64,000 nucleotides of DNA from positions 1 to 64,000 of the IMG/VR virus record IMGVR_UViG_3300044701_002494; one strand, written 5' to 3'. Every line of letters begins with the position of its first letter. Position 1 is the first letter of the stretch. Made by a program: the position numbers and the translations under genes. Below the pieces are notes generated by a model. The model was not told the DNA's origin, made no database searches, and saw nothing but the letters and a program-made list of their open reading frames with translations. The DNA is from a virus. This document shows, piece after piece, positions 6,534 to 13,880 of the stretch.

Positions 6534-6949
6534 CATAGATCTCCTCTTTGGAATGGTTTTTCTTCATCAACTTTTGCTTCGAGTGCTTCAACTCTTTCTT
6601 CAAGAGAAGAATCTGACGCTTCAGAATATCCAGTATCAACTAAAGGTAGTTCTTCAGTTCTTGTTTGAACTGGTTCTTCCCAAACTGGTTCTGGTGGTGT
6701 AGGAGGAGTTTCTACAAACTCTTCTCTTTTTGGTTCTGCTTTTTTCTCATCATCATCGTCACCTTTCTTCATGGTATTAATACCAAAAGTAGCAGCGGAT
6801 GCTGTAAAAACAGTCGCAATAAATGTTGGGTCCATCTTAGATAAAGCACCTGCATAACTTGCAGTCAGAAGAGCAGCAGCCCAACCAAGAATAGCAACAC
6901 GGATCACTGTGTTCATACAAGTTTCCCTTTTTTTAGTTTTGTTGTCCAT
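6533..6949 (-). CDS. Two-TM membrane protein with acidic tail, holin candidate
   Basis: Two hydrophobic helices; immediately downstream of lysozyme. Confidence 0.6.
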   Translation of the reverse strand: MDNKTKKRETCMNTVIRVAILGWAAALLTASYAGALSKMDPTFIATVFTASAATFGINTMKKGDDDDEKKAEPKREEFVETPPTPPEPVWEEPVQTRTEELPLVDTGYSEASDSSLEERVEALEAKVDEEKPFQRGDL

Positions 6950-6967
6950 TTTAGGTAGTAAGTGAAG

Positions 6968-7423
6968 TTAACCTTTTTTCCAAGATTCACCTTCTGCTTT
7001 TCTCCTACGTGCAAGTCCTGCTTCTACATTTGAACCAGGATTTCTGTATAGGTATAAAGCATCGGGAACTAAGTCCCATTCTTTATTCTTCAGGCGTTTA
7101 GTAATAGTATTAAAGTTATCACCACCGTAAAAACCGGCACCAAGATTATAAGCAAAGCTGAGCAGAGCGCCTCTTTTTCCATCTGACATTTCATTCCAAT
7201 GTGGGATTTTACGGAGTGCAGGAAGGAATTGATTCTTGCACTGACTGATTAATAATTCGTCTGCTTCTTGCTGGGTAATCTTATCACCCATTTGGAATGG
7301 TTGCCCATTCTTATTTCGGGTAGAACCCCAACCGATTGTAATTGGAAGTCCACCAGTTAAGGGATCAGGATATGCTGATAAATGACATCCTTCAAATTCC
7401 TTGATTAATTTGATACCCATCAT
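6968..7423 (-). CDS. Lysozyme (glycoside hydrolase family 24) domain, probably expressed as a -1 frameshift fusion from 7704
   Basis: IKEFEG...YPDP...TIGWG catalytic E/D/T, SFAYNLG, GLARRRKAE. Confidence 0.92.
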   Translation of the reverse strand: MMGIKLIKEFEGCHLSAYPDPLTGGLPITIGWGSTRNKNGQPFQMGDKITQQEADELLISQCKNQFLPALRKIPHWNEMSDGKRGALLSFAYNLGAGFYGGDNFNTITKRLKNKEWDLVPDALYLYRNPGSNVEAGLARRRKAEGESWKKG

Positions 7424-7444
7424 AGGGACATCATCACCACCACT

Positions 7445-7489
7445 TGCGACAGCAGGAGCAGAAGCACCGCCGCCGCTAGTTACTTTCCC
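7445..7489 (-). promoter_or_regulatory. Programmed -1 ribosomal frameshift signal
   Basis: G GGA AAG heptamer (7489-7483) directly before TAA, 6-nt spacer, GCGGCGGC/GCTGTCGC stem; -1 frame open into lysozyme. Confidence 0.75.
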
Positions 7490-7704
7490 AGAGATTTACC
7501 ACAATGTGGACATACATCTCCAGCAGGAGCAGAAGCACCAGCAGATGATCCACCACCCTTACCTCTATAAATTTCCGCCCAGTCTGCGTTATCTTCAAGA
7601 TAATCATTAGGAAGATTATCTTCTAACCACTGAACTGCTTTAATATGACTTGGGTTTCTATCGTCATAAAATTTAAAAAAGTTATGTAAATCAACTCTTG
7701 CCAT
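7480..7704 (-). CDS. 74-aa N-terminal domain protein (MARVDLHNFF...CPHCGKSLGK); 0-frame product of the frameshift gene
   Basis: GGAGG Shine-Dalgarno before ATG at 7704; homologous to the N-terminus of 7803..8474. Confidence 0.8.
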   Translation of the reverse strand: MARVDLHNFFKFYDDRNPSHIKAVQWLEDNLPNDYLEDNADWAEIYRGKGGGSSAGASAPAGDVCPHCGKSLGK

Positions 7705-7831
7705 CGTTTCCTCCGAAATACTTTTGATAGAGTTCGTTTGCTTCCTTATGCTTTCCGTTATCAGCAAGATCCTTAATTACCTTAAGCATCTTAGCTTTAA
7801 AATTAGTCGAAGATCCTTCCCCACCCATCAT
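7691..7831 (-). CDS. 46-aa hypothetical (MMGGEGSSTNFKAKMLKVIKDLADNGKHKEANELYQKYFGGNDGKS)
   Basis: Hand translation; AGGAGG upstream; bridges two genes. Confidence 0.5.
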   Translation of the reverse strand: MMGGEGSSTNFKAKMLKVIKDLADNGKHKEANELYQKYFGGNDGKS

Positions 7832-8474
7832 TGCCTCCTGGACACCAACGGTGCTTAAGAACTGCTTTGGTGTAAATGGTCTTCTTACCGTTAGTTACAG
7901 GACCTGAATAATTATCATTTAAAGAACCATAAGGATCATTTACATAATATCCCTTCCCATCTGGTGTCTTACCGATTACAACACACATATGCCCACCAGT
8001 AGGTGCAGATAAAGAACCCCTGTGCAGAATACCAATAACAACAGGTTTGCCTCTATCAAGGCTTTTATCAATATCAGCAAAAGAAAGATTGTAGCTAAAG
8101 TGTGACTTAACTCCATAACCCGCCAAAACTTTTGTCTGTACGGAGTGATCAGTCGTATCACCAATTGCGAATACTTTTTTAACGTATTCATCATCACCTT
8201 TAATGCTTCCTGGCTTGAGGAATGCAAGGCACATAGCGCACGATGAAGAGTTGCAAGTTCTATGTGCATCTCTATAATTGTCTACCTGATTAAAATAAGG
8301 AACATCTAAAACTGCAGGTGTTGGTGGAGCAGTTCTAAAAATACTTACCCAATCAGATTCAGAATCATCTAAAAATTTTTCTGGTAGGTTATCTTCTAAC
8401 CACTGAACTGCTGCAACATGGTTGGGGTTTTTATCATCATAATACTTAAAAAAGTTATGAAGATCTAGGGTCAT
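7803..8474 (-). CDS. Peptidase C39-like cysteine peptidase with shared N-terminal domain
   Basis: LDVPYFNQ...CNSSSCAM, GGHMCVV and VNDP (Q-C-H-D catalytic pattern). Confidence 0.8.
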   Translation of the reverse strand: MTLDLHNFFKYYDDKNPNHVAAVQWLEDNLPEKFLDDSESDWVSIFRTAPPTPAVLDVPYFNQVDNYRDAHRTCNSSSCAMCLAFLKPGSIKGDDEYVKKVFAIGDTTDHSVQTKVLAGYGVKSHFSYNLSFADIDKSLDRGKPVVIGILHRGSLSAPTGGHMCVVIGKTPDGKGYYVNDPYGSLNDNYSGPVTNGKKTIYTKAVLKHRWCPGGNDGWGRIFD

Positions 8475-8652
8475 CTTCCTCTCCTATAAATTCTAATGAG
8501 AAAATATCATGCTCTAGAATATCAGGATTCAACCATTCACCAAATTCAGATTGAATCGCATGGGCATCTTCAATATTTTCTTCAGAGAGAGTATGAATAC
8601 GATCAATTGCCCAATCGTAAGACTCTTGAATTGTTGTTTCAAGTGTAGTCAT
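8455..8652 (-). CDS. 65-aa acidic hypothetical protein (MTTLETTIQESYDWAIDRI...)
   Basis: Likely start at 8652; the longer track ORF overlaps denA antisense. Confidence 0.65.
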   Translation of the reverse strand: MTTLETTIQESYDWAIDRIHTLSEENIEDAHAIQSEFGEWLNPDILEHDIFSLEFIGEEDDPRSS

Positions 8653-8736
8653 AGTATTTAGAAGATTCGTTATTTTTTTAACTCTACCATGTTTGGGATT
8701 TGAAGCCAAGTCTAAATAATTAAATAAAGAATTATT

Positions 8737-9162
8737 ATGGATTGGCAATATAATGGAGAAGTCTTTACCGATGTTCCCAAAGGAATGGAAGGGTTTGTTT
8801 ACATAATTACAAATCTTACGAATAACAAAAAATATATTGGTAAAAAACATTTTTGGACTAGACAAAAGAATAAAAAAACAGGAAGAAGAAAGACAGAAGA
8901 ATCTGATTGGAAAAATTACTTTGGTTCTTGTGATGAACTCAATGAAGATGTAAAAAAAATAGGTAAAGAACATTTCCTTAGAGAAATTCTTTACCTATGT
9001 CCTCATAAGAAATCTATGAGTTATTATGAAACTTATGAACAATTTAATCGTAATGTATTATTAAGTGAAGAATATTATAATACCAATATTGGTGGAACCT
9101 TTTATATGAGTGAATCTGAAAGAATTTATGGTGTGGTTCTTAAGTCTTCTAAGATTAGCTAA
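8737..9162 (+). CDS. denA: GIY-YIG endonuclease, T4 endonuclease II-like
   Basis: GFVYIITN...KKYIGKK, ESDWKNYFGS, YYNTNIGG. Confidence 0.75.
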   Translation: MDWQYNGEVFTDVPKGMEGFVYIITNLTNNKKYIGKKHFWTRQKNKKTGRRKTEESDWKNYFGSCDELNEDVKKIGKEHFLREILYLCPHKKSMSYYETYEQFNRNVLLSEEYYNTNIGGTFYMSESERIYGVVLKSSKIS

Positions 9163-9165
9163 AGC

Positions 9166-9240
9166 CTCATCTTCAACCAGAACAAAGGTATTCTAGCAAT
9201 AAAAAAGGGTCTTGTCAAGACCCTTTAAGTGTGTTATGAT
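9166..9240 (-). promoter_or_regulatory. Terminator with embedded back-to-back sigma70 promoters; copy 1 of a 30-bp element
   Basis: GGGTCTT-GAC-AAGACCC-T6; TTGACA-N17-TAGAAT followed by ACCTTTGTTCTGGTTGAAGATGAG. Confidence 0.65.
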
Positions 9241-9248
9241 TCTTTATA

Positions 9249-11201
9249 TCAGACACCTTGTATCATAGATCCTGGGGATTGCTTCAGATTAGGAAGATCA
9301 ACCCCAGCAGCTTTTTTCTTTTGAAGTTCAATTGCCTTTTGACCCAATTGAGCAGCTGCAGATGGTGTTAATGCACCTGCTCCTGTAGATCTTTTAATTT
9401 GAAAACTTGGATCACCTTCAACAATACTTTGAATACACGTGGCATCCATTTCCATCATCACATAAAGTGCTTCCTCTAAAGTATCTACGTGTCCCTGTGA
9501 AAAAAGATATTCAAGGACAATATCGTAAGATTCCATCTTAACTGGTTTTATGCCTTCTTTTTCAATACGCTCTCTTGTTGCCTTTAACTCTTTTGCCTGA
9601 GAAACTAGACTTTCTCTTTTTTTAAGTGTTTCCGGTTTTAGAGAAGGAGTTGGAGAAGTTGCAGCAATTTTATTAGACTTAGCAACATCAACTGCTGCTT
9701 TTATACCTGCCTCACCCCCACCAGCTTTCTTAGATGCTGCCATTTCAGCAGAAGTGGGAGTTCTTCTTTCATAAGAAGTTCCAGTAGCAGTCACATTTTT
9801 GGACTGAATAGTTGATGGTTGGGGTTTTGGTGTAGAAACAACTGGTTTTGGAGAAATTCTAGGTGTAGTTGCGGCAGGTTGTGCAAATGTTCTTGTATTT
9901 TTACGAGCACCTGCAAATTCATCACCAGGTGGTTGATTTACCCCATATTTTCTATCAATTGCAGCATCAGCAGCAGCATCTCTTCTTGCCTTATCCTTCA
10001 TTGCACGATTTGCAAGATTGTCAATTTGTAATTGATCACGACCACGAACAGTTACATATCTATCAATGTTCTGCCTTCTGAAGGCATCAGAACCTGGCGC
10101 ATATCTTTGCCAGGTTTTTGGTTTTCCTGGTTCCATAGTTCCAACTATACCACCTCTTGGTGCAATTACACCAGTTGCACGAGATTGATCCTTTGCTGAT
10201 GGATTATATGTTCTTCCAGTATTAGGATTATATGATGCACCAGAACCAGTGGCAGTTGATTTTACCTTTTCTACTTCTTTTTCTCTTTTTGTCATAAAGA
10301 CGCCAGCAGGATCCCACCAAGCACGCTCTTGAATAATGTTGTTAATATTTTCACTATTCATTTCCATCATCACATAAAGTGCTTCCTCTAAAGTATCTAC
10401 GTGTCCCTGTGAAAAAAGATATTCAAGGACAATATCATAGGCATCATACTGTTCTTTAAATCCAAGAATGTTTTTAGTTCTTTGAGACATTAGTTTAGTA
10501 GCAGACGAAGAATAAGGACCGCCAGAAAGTTTTGACTGTGCTTGAGGAGCAGTAGGAGTTGGAGGACCAGAATATCCTGATTTTTCATTACCTGGTGCTT
10601 GAGGTGCAGGTCTTAAAGCACGAAGTTGGGCAGATTGTTTTGCCATTTCACTCTGACCGGTTCCAAGTTGCTGACCAGTTGGACTTACTTTTTTAGCAAG
10701 AGTATCCTTATACTTTGCTTTCCAAATATCCATACCCATATCCCTTACCTTTGCCATCTCAGTGGGATCTCCACTCTTTCTAGCAGCAGATGCAGCTGCC
10801 ATATACTTAGAAACCTGATCGGATGCTTTTATTGTTGCTGTTGGTAAAGCAGAAGGTCTCTGTACTTGTGGTTTTTGTACTTGTGGTTTTTGTACTTGTG
10901 GTTTTTGTACTTCGGGAGGTTGTACTTGTGGTTTTTGTGTTCCGGAAGTACCAACTCCCTTTAATCTTTGTTTTTCTGCGTCAATTTGTGCTTGTCTATC
11001 TTTATTTCTTTTTTCCGCAGCAGCAAATTTAGCAGGGTCTAAGTATTTTAATGCTTTTTCTGGAACTTCTGCCTTTGGAACCCAAGTATCTGGAATTGGT
11101 TTTCCAGTTTTTGGGTCAATCATAACAGCCCCTATTTCACCTTTTCTACGAGCAATTACTGGTTTCGGTTTACTTTGTTCTATTATATTATCAGAAGCCA
11201 T
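9249..11201 (-). CDS. Large low-complexity basic protein, putative internal head/ejected protein with a duplicated helical module
   Basis: Late promoter at 11222-11229; two copies of YDIVLEYLFSQGHVDTLEEALYVMMEM; QKPQV repeats. Confidence 0.7.
   Translation of the reverse strand: MASDNIIEQSKPKPVIARRKGEIGAVMIDPKTGKPIPDTWVPKAEVPEKALKYLDPAKFAAAEKRNKDRQAQIDAEKQRLKGVGTSGTQKPQVQPPEVQKPQVQKPQVQKPQVQRPSALPTATIKASDQVSKYMAAASAARKSGDPTEMAKVRDMGMDIWKAKYKDTLAKKVSPTGQQLGTGQSEMAKQSAQLRALRPAPQAPGNEKSGYSGPPTPTAPQAQSKLSGGPYSSSATKLMSQRTKNILGFKEQYDAYDIVLEYLFSQGHVDTLEEALYVMMEMNSENINNIIQERAWWDPAGVFMTKREKEVEKVKSTATGSGASYNPNTGRTYNPSAKDQSRATGVIAPRGGIVGTMEPGKPKTWQRYAPGSDAFRRQNIDRYVTVRGRDQLQIDNLANRAMKDKARRDAAADAAIDRKYGVNQPPGDEFAGARKNTRTFAQPAATTPRISPKPVVSTPKPQPSTIQSKNVTATGTSYERRTPTSAEMAASKKAGGGEAGIKAAVDVAKSNKIAATSPTPSLKPETLKKRESLVSQAKELKATRERIEKEGIKPVKMESYDIVLEYLFSQGHVDTLEEALYVMMEMDATCIQSIVEGDPSFQIKRSTGAGALTPSAAAQLGQKAIELQKKKAAGVDLPNLKQSPGSMIQGV
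9447..9524. repeat. 78-bp exact direct repeat, copy A
   Basis: Identical to 10359-10436 by base-by-base comparison. Confidence 0.9.
10359..10436. repeat. 78-bp exact direct repeat, copy B
   Basis: Identical to 9447-9524; offset 912 bp (in frame). Confidence 0.9.
10861..10935. repeat. 15-bp tandem repeat (TGTACTTGTGGTTTT), 4 perfect plus 1 degenerate, encoding QKPQV
   Basis: Seen directly in sequence. Confidence 0.9.
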
Positions 11202-11221
11202 TTTTACTTTGATTTTTTAGT

Positions 11222-11255
11222 TATTTATAAAAAAAGAGGGTAGTTATACCCTCTT
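11222..11255 (-). terminator. Intrinsic terminator merged with a TATAAATA late promoter
   Basis: GAGGGTA-TAAC-TACCCTC-T run continuing into TATAAATA; same arrangement at 13707-13739, 20100-20137 and 41705-41742. Confidence 0.75.
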
Positions 11256-11278
11256 GAGTGACGATTTTGAAAGTAATA

Positions 11279-12238
11279 TTAAACTCCTTTTACACCAGAA
11301 GCATTAGGAAATCCATTTGGGTAAGGCTTTAGTTTATCTAAAGTCTTTCTAGTTTTATTAAGGTCATCTGCCATTCCGTGAGAACCTTTTCTTTGATCAT
11401 CTACAACAGAAGCGGCTCTTTGTGCAATAGCACTCTGCTCAATAATACTCTCTCTCCACTCTTCACTCATATTTACCATAATCTTGAGTGCTGCTTCTTC
11501 TGTATCGGCATAACCTTCATCAAGAAGATGACCTTTGACTAAATCAAAGAGGTCTACTGATTGCAACTGAGCCCAAGCATTCTTCTTTTCATCTTCTGGT
11601 TTAGGTTGGGGGGGTTTTTTAGTTGTTGGTGTTGTCAATGCTTGACCAGCTTTTTGAAGTCTACCAGCAGTTTCCCCAGCAGCTGCACCAGGATCTTGTT
11701 TCGCACTCCACCCAAGAAGTTCTGAACCTTTTTGTAAAGCGAATTGTGTTGGACTTTGTGGCAATGCTCTCGAAAGTTCCATACCAGTCAGAACAAGACC
11801 AGCTTTTTTTAATGGTTGTCCTGGTTTGGTTATAACATCTTTTAAAGCACCGGGTATTTTGGGAATATTTTTCACCACTTTACCAGCAACTTCCGCACCA
11901 CCACCAATTGCTCTTTTAGTTAATTGGGATGCAATATTAGAACCTGCAGGAAGATTAGCACCTGTTCTGAAACGTTGAGCTACATATGATAAAGCTGGTT
12001 GTGCAACTTGCTTTGCTCTCTGCATTCTAGAAAGTAGAGAAGTAACCTGAACCGGATTCTCAGTCAAACAAAATTCATAAAAATCAACTTGATCATCTTC
12101 ATTGATATCATACCCCTCTTCAATAAAAACATCCATCAAAATCTGTGCAAGTTTTCTTGCATTTTCTTCAATATTTTTTTCCAAATAAATTGAATTATAT
12201 GCCTCTAATAATTCCGCTGTTACTTTATTGGATATCAT
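11279..12238 (-). CDS. Putative internal head protein with LLEAYNSIY leader and DLFDLVKGHLLDEGYADTEEAALKIMVNMSEEW module
   Basis: Late promoter 12267-12274; module shared with 39944..40645. Confidence 0.7.
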   Translation of the reverse strand: MISNKVTAELLEAYNSIYLEKNIEENARKLAQILMDVFIEEGYDINEDDQVDFYEFCLTENPVQVTSLLSRMQRAKQVAQPALSYVAQRFRTGANLPAGSNIASQLTKRAIGGGAEVAGKVVKNIPKIPGALKDVITKPGQPLKKAGLVLTGMELSRALPQSPTQFALQKGSELLGWSAKQDPGAAAGETAGRLQKAGQALTTPTTKKPPQPKPEDEKKNAWAQLQSVDLFDLVKGHLLDEGYADTEEAALKIMVNMSEEWRESIIEQSAIAQRAASVVDDQRKGSHGMADDLNKTRKTLDKLKPYPNGFPNASGVKGV

Positions 12239-12310
12239 TTTAAAAAACAAAAATCTTATTTAAAAATATTTATAATCATTTTATATTAAAGGTTTTACTA
12301 AAATATATTA

Positions 12311-12652
12311 TCAATTATATCCAGATAAGTATTTTTCCGCAGGATTCATTTTACTAAATTCTTTCTTCGCTCTTTCTTTTCTTTGTTGAGCAGCCCAATT
12401 TGAAAATGGTTGATAAGCAGATGCTCCAATAGTTACAGGGTTATATGGAGCAACGGTTCCCAAAGCACCAGATAATCTGTTTGCTGGTGTTTCTTTTGGA
12501 TCTAATGCTTGTGTTGCATAAAGACCCCTAGTAAGTAATCCACCCACTCTTTTCACTATTGGATTTTGAGTTACTTTTTTTACTAGAGGATTTGAAATTT
12601 GAAACTCATTTATCTGATATGCTTCCACACAAAATTGCTTAAAAGTTTTCAT
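12311..12652 (-). CDS. Putative internal head protein with capsid-targeting-like leader MKTFKQFCVE
   Basis: GGAGG Shine-Dalgarno, ATGA overlap; resembles T4 CTS MKTYQEFIAE. Confidence 0.7.
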   Translation of the reverse strand: MKTFKQFCVEAYQINEFQISNPLVKKVTQNPIVKRVGGLLTRGLYATQALDPKETPANRLSGALGTVAPYNPVTIGASAYQPFSNWAAQQRKERAKKEFSKMNPAEKYLSGYN

Positions 12653-13689
12653 TTGTTTCCTCCTTGTTGAGATTTCTGCCAATTGCCATAGACTTTACCT
12701 GCCTGAGCAACAAAATCTCTATATGATTTCCTAACTTCAGAAGGAATTTGTTTTCTTATTTCATAAGGAACTGTCTTTCTTACATTTGAAAGAACATCTT
12801 TAGTTGTTAACTTTTTACCATAATCACCTCTAATTGCCTTTGCCGCCGCTTCCCCTGCTTTAGAACCCAGAGTATATCCAGCAACACTACCACCAATCGC
12901 CCCAGGAATACCAAGAACACCCCCCACAGCGCCCCCCAGAGCGCCACCAGCAAGTGCTCCAGCAGATTTAAGAGCAGCAACACCAGCAGCAGTCTTTTTG
13001 CTTGCCCCTGCTGATCTTGCTGTATCATATCCAGTCTTTGCTTCTAATCCAGCACCAATAATTCCTGCAGTTTTACCAAGATTGCCTAAGGTTTTTTTAG
13101 CACTTGAAGCAAATGCTGCTCGTTGTGCAGATTTTGCTGCTTGATTAGTTTTTAATATATCCTTTAATGCATCGGCAGACGATTGAGTTCTTGATGCTGC
13201 TGATACTTTTTCTACACTGGTGGAAAGTTTTGTAGGTCCTTGCCATGCTTGAGTTCTATTGGAGGATGTTACTTTTGGTTTAGATAATGTAGAAACAGGT
13301 GCTGGTAATGATTTTGGAGTAGTAGAAGTAGATTGAGATATAGAAGTTGTTTGGGTTTTTACAGGAGTTTTTACAATCCTAGTTTTAATTGACTTTTTAG
13401 GTTTACTTTTAATCTCTAATCTAGAAATTATTTCCTCCGGAGTTGTGGATCCTTTTGGCATATTAGTTATAATTATTGACTCTGGAGTCTTAATTGCTTT
13501 TACTTTTGCTTTTTTTCTAGCAACTTCTTTTTCATAAGCAGCAGTTGCTTCAGGATTTTGTGCTCTCATTTCATCATCAGAAAGCACGGGGGTTTGTGCA
13601 AGTTTTTTTCTTGCTGCTTCTACATCTATCTTTTGCTTCTCCAAAAACTCTTTTCTACCTTCGTTTATAAATTTCCTAAAACTTTTCAT
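12649..13689 (-). CDS. Putative internal head protein with leader MKSFRKFINE and a glycine-zipper segment
   Basis: Late promoter 13707-13714; GALAGGALGGAVGGVLG motif. Confidence 0.7.
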   Translation of the reverse strand: MKSFRKFINEGRKEFLEKQKIDVEAARKKLAQTPVLSDDEMRAQNPEATAAYEKEVARKKAKVKAIKTPESIIITNMPKGSTTPEEIISRLEIKSKPKKSIKTRIVKTPVKTQTTSISQSTSTTPKSLPAPVSTLSKPKVTSSNRTQAWQGPTKLSTSVEKVSAASRTQSSADALKDILKTNQAAKSAQRAAFASSAKKTLGNLGKTAGIIGAGLEAKTGYDTARSAGASKKTAAGVAALKSAGALAGGALGGAVGGVLGIPGAIGGSVAGYTLGSKAGEAAAKAIRGDYGKKLTTKDVLSNVRKTVPYEIRKQIPSEVRKSYRDFVAQAGKVYGNWQKSQQGGNK

Positions 13690-13727
13690 CTTACAGATTT
13701 TTTAGGTATTTATAAAAAAAGAGGGGA

Positions 13728-13880
13728 TCAAGTCCCCTCATTACCTAACCATTCTTTTTTATAATCATAATCACCAAACAGAAATTCATCACTTTCTGCT
13801 GCTTCTTTGTATGCGTTCAGGATTTCCTGTTCGCACCATTCATCATAGTTGGAATCCTGAGAAAGTATCTTTGGTAACAT
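13728..13880 (-). CDS. 50-aa acidic peptide overlapping the nrdB 3' end (MLPKILSQDSNYDEWCEQEILNAYKEAAESDEFLFGDYDY...)
   Basis: Hand translation; ends at the terminator. Confidence 0.55.
   Translation of the reverse strand: MLPKILSQDSNYDEWCEQEILNAYKEAAESDEFLFGDYDYKKEWLGNEGT

Noticed and set aside
7401-7610. + strand 69-aa ORF
   Set aside because: Antisense shadow of the lysozyme linker; it only reflects the open -1 frame.
8653-8973. N-terminal extension of track ORF 8455..8973
   Set aside because: Overlaps denA on the opposite strand; the acidic protein-like part begins at 8652.
9447-10436. Repeat pair as a diversity-generating retroelement TR/VR
   Set aside because: Copies are identical with no adenine-specific mismatches, and no reverse transcriptase is present in the window.
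10861-10935. 15-bp repeats as a CRISPR-like array
   Set aside because: Head-to-tail coding repeat with no spacers; no CRISPR array or cas gene seen anywhere in the window.
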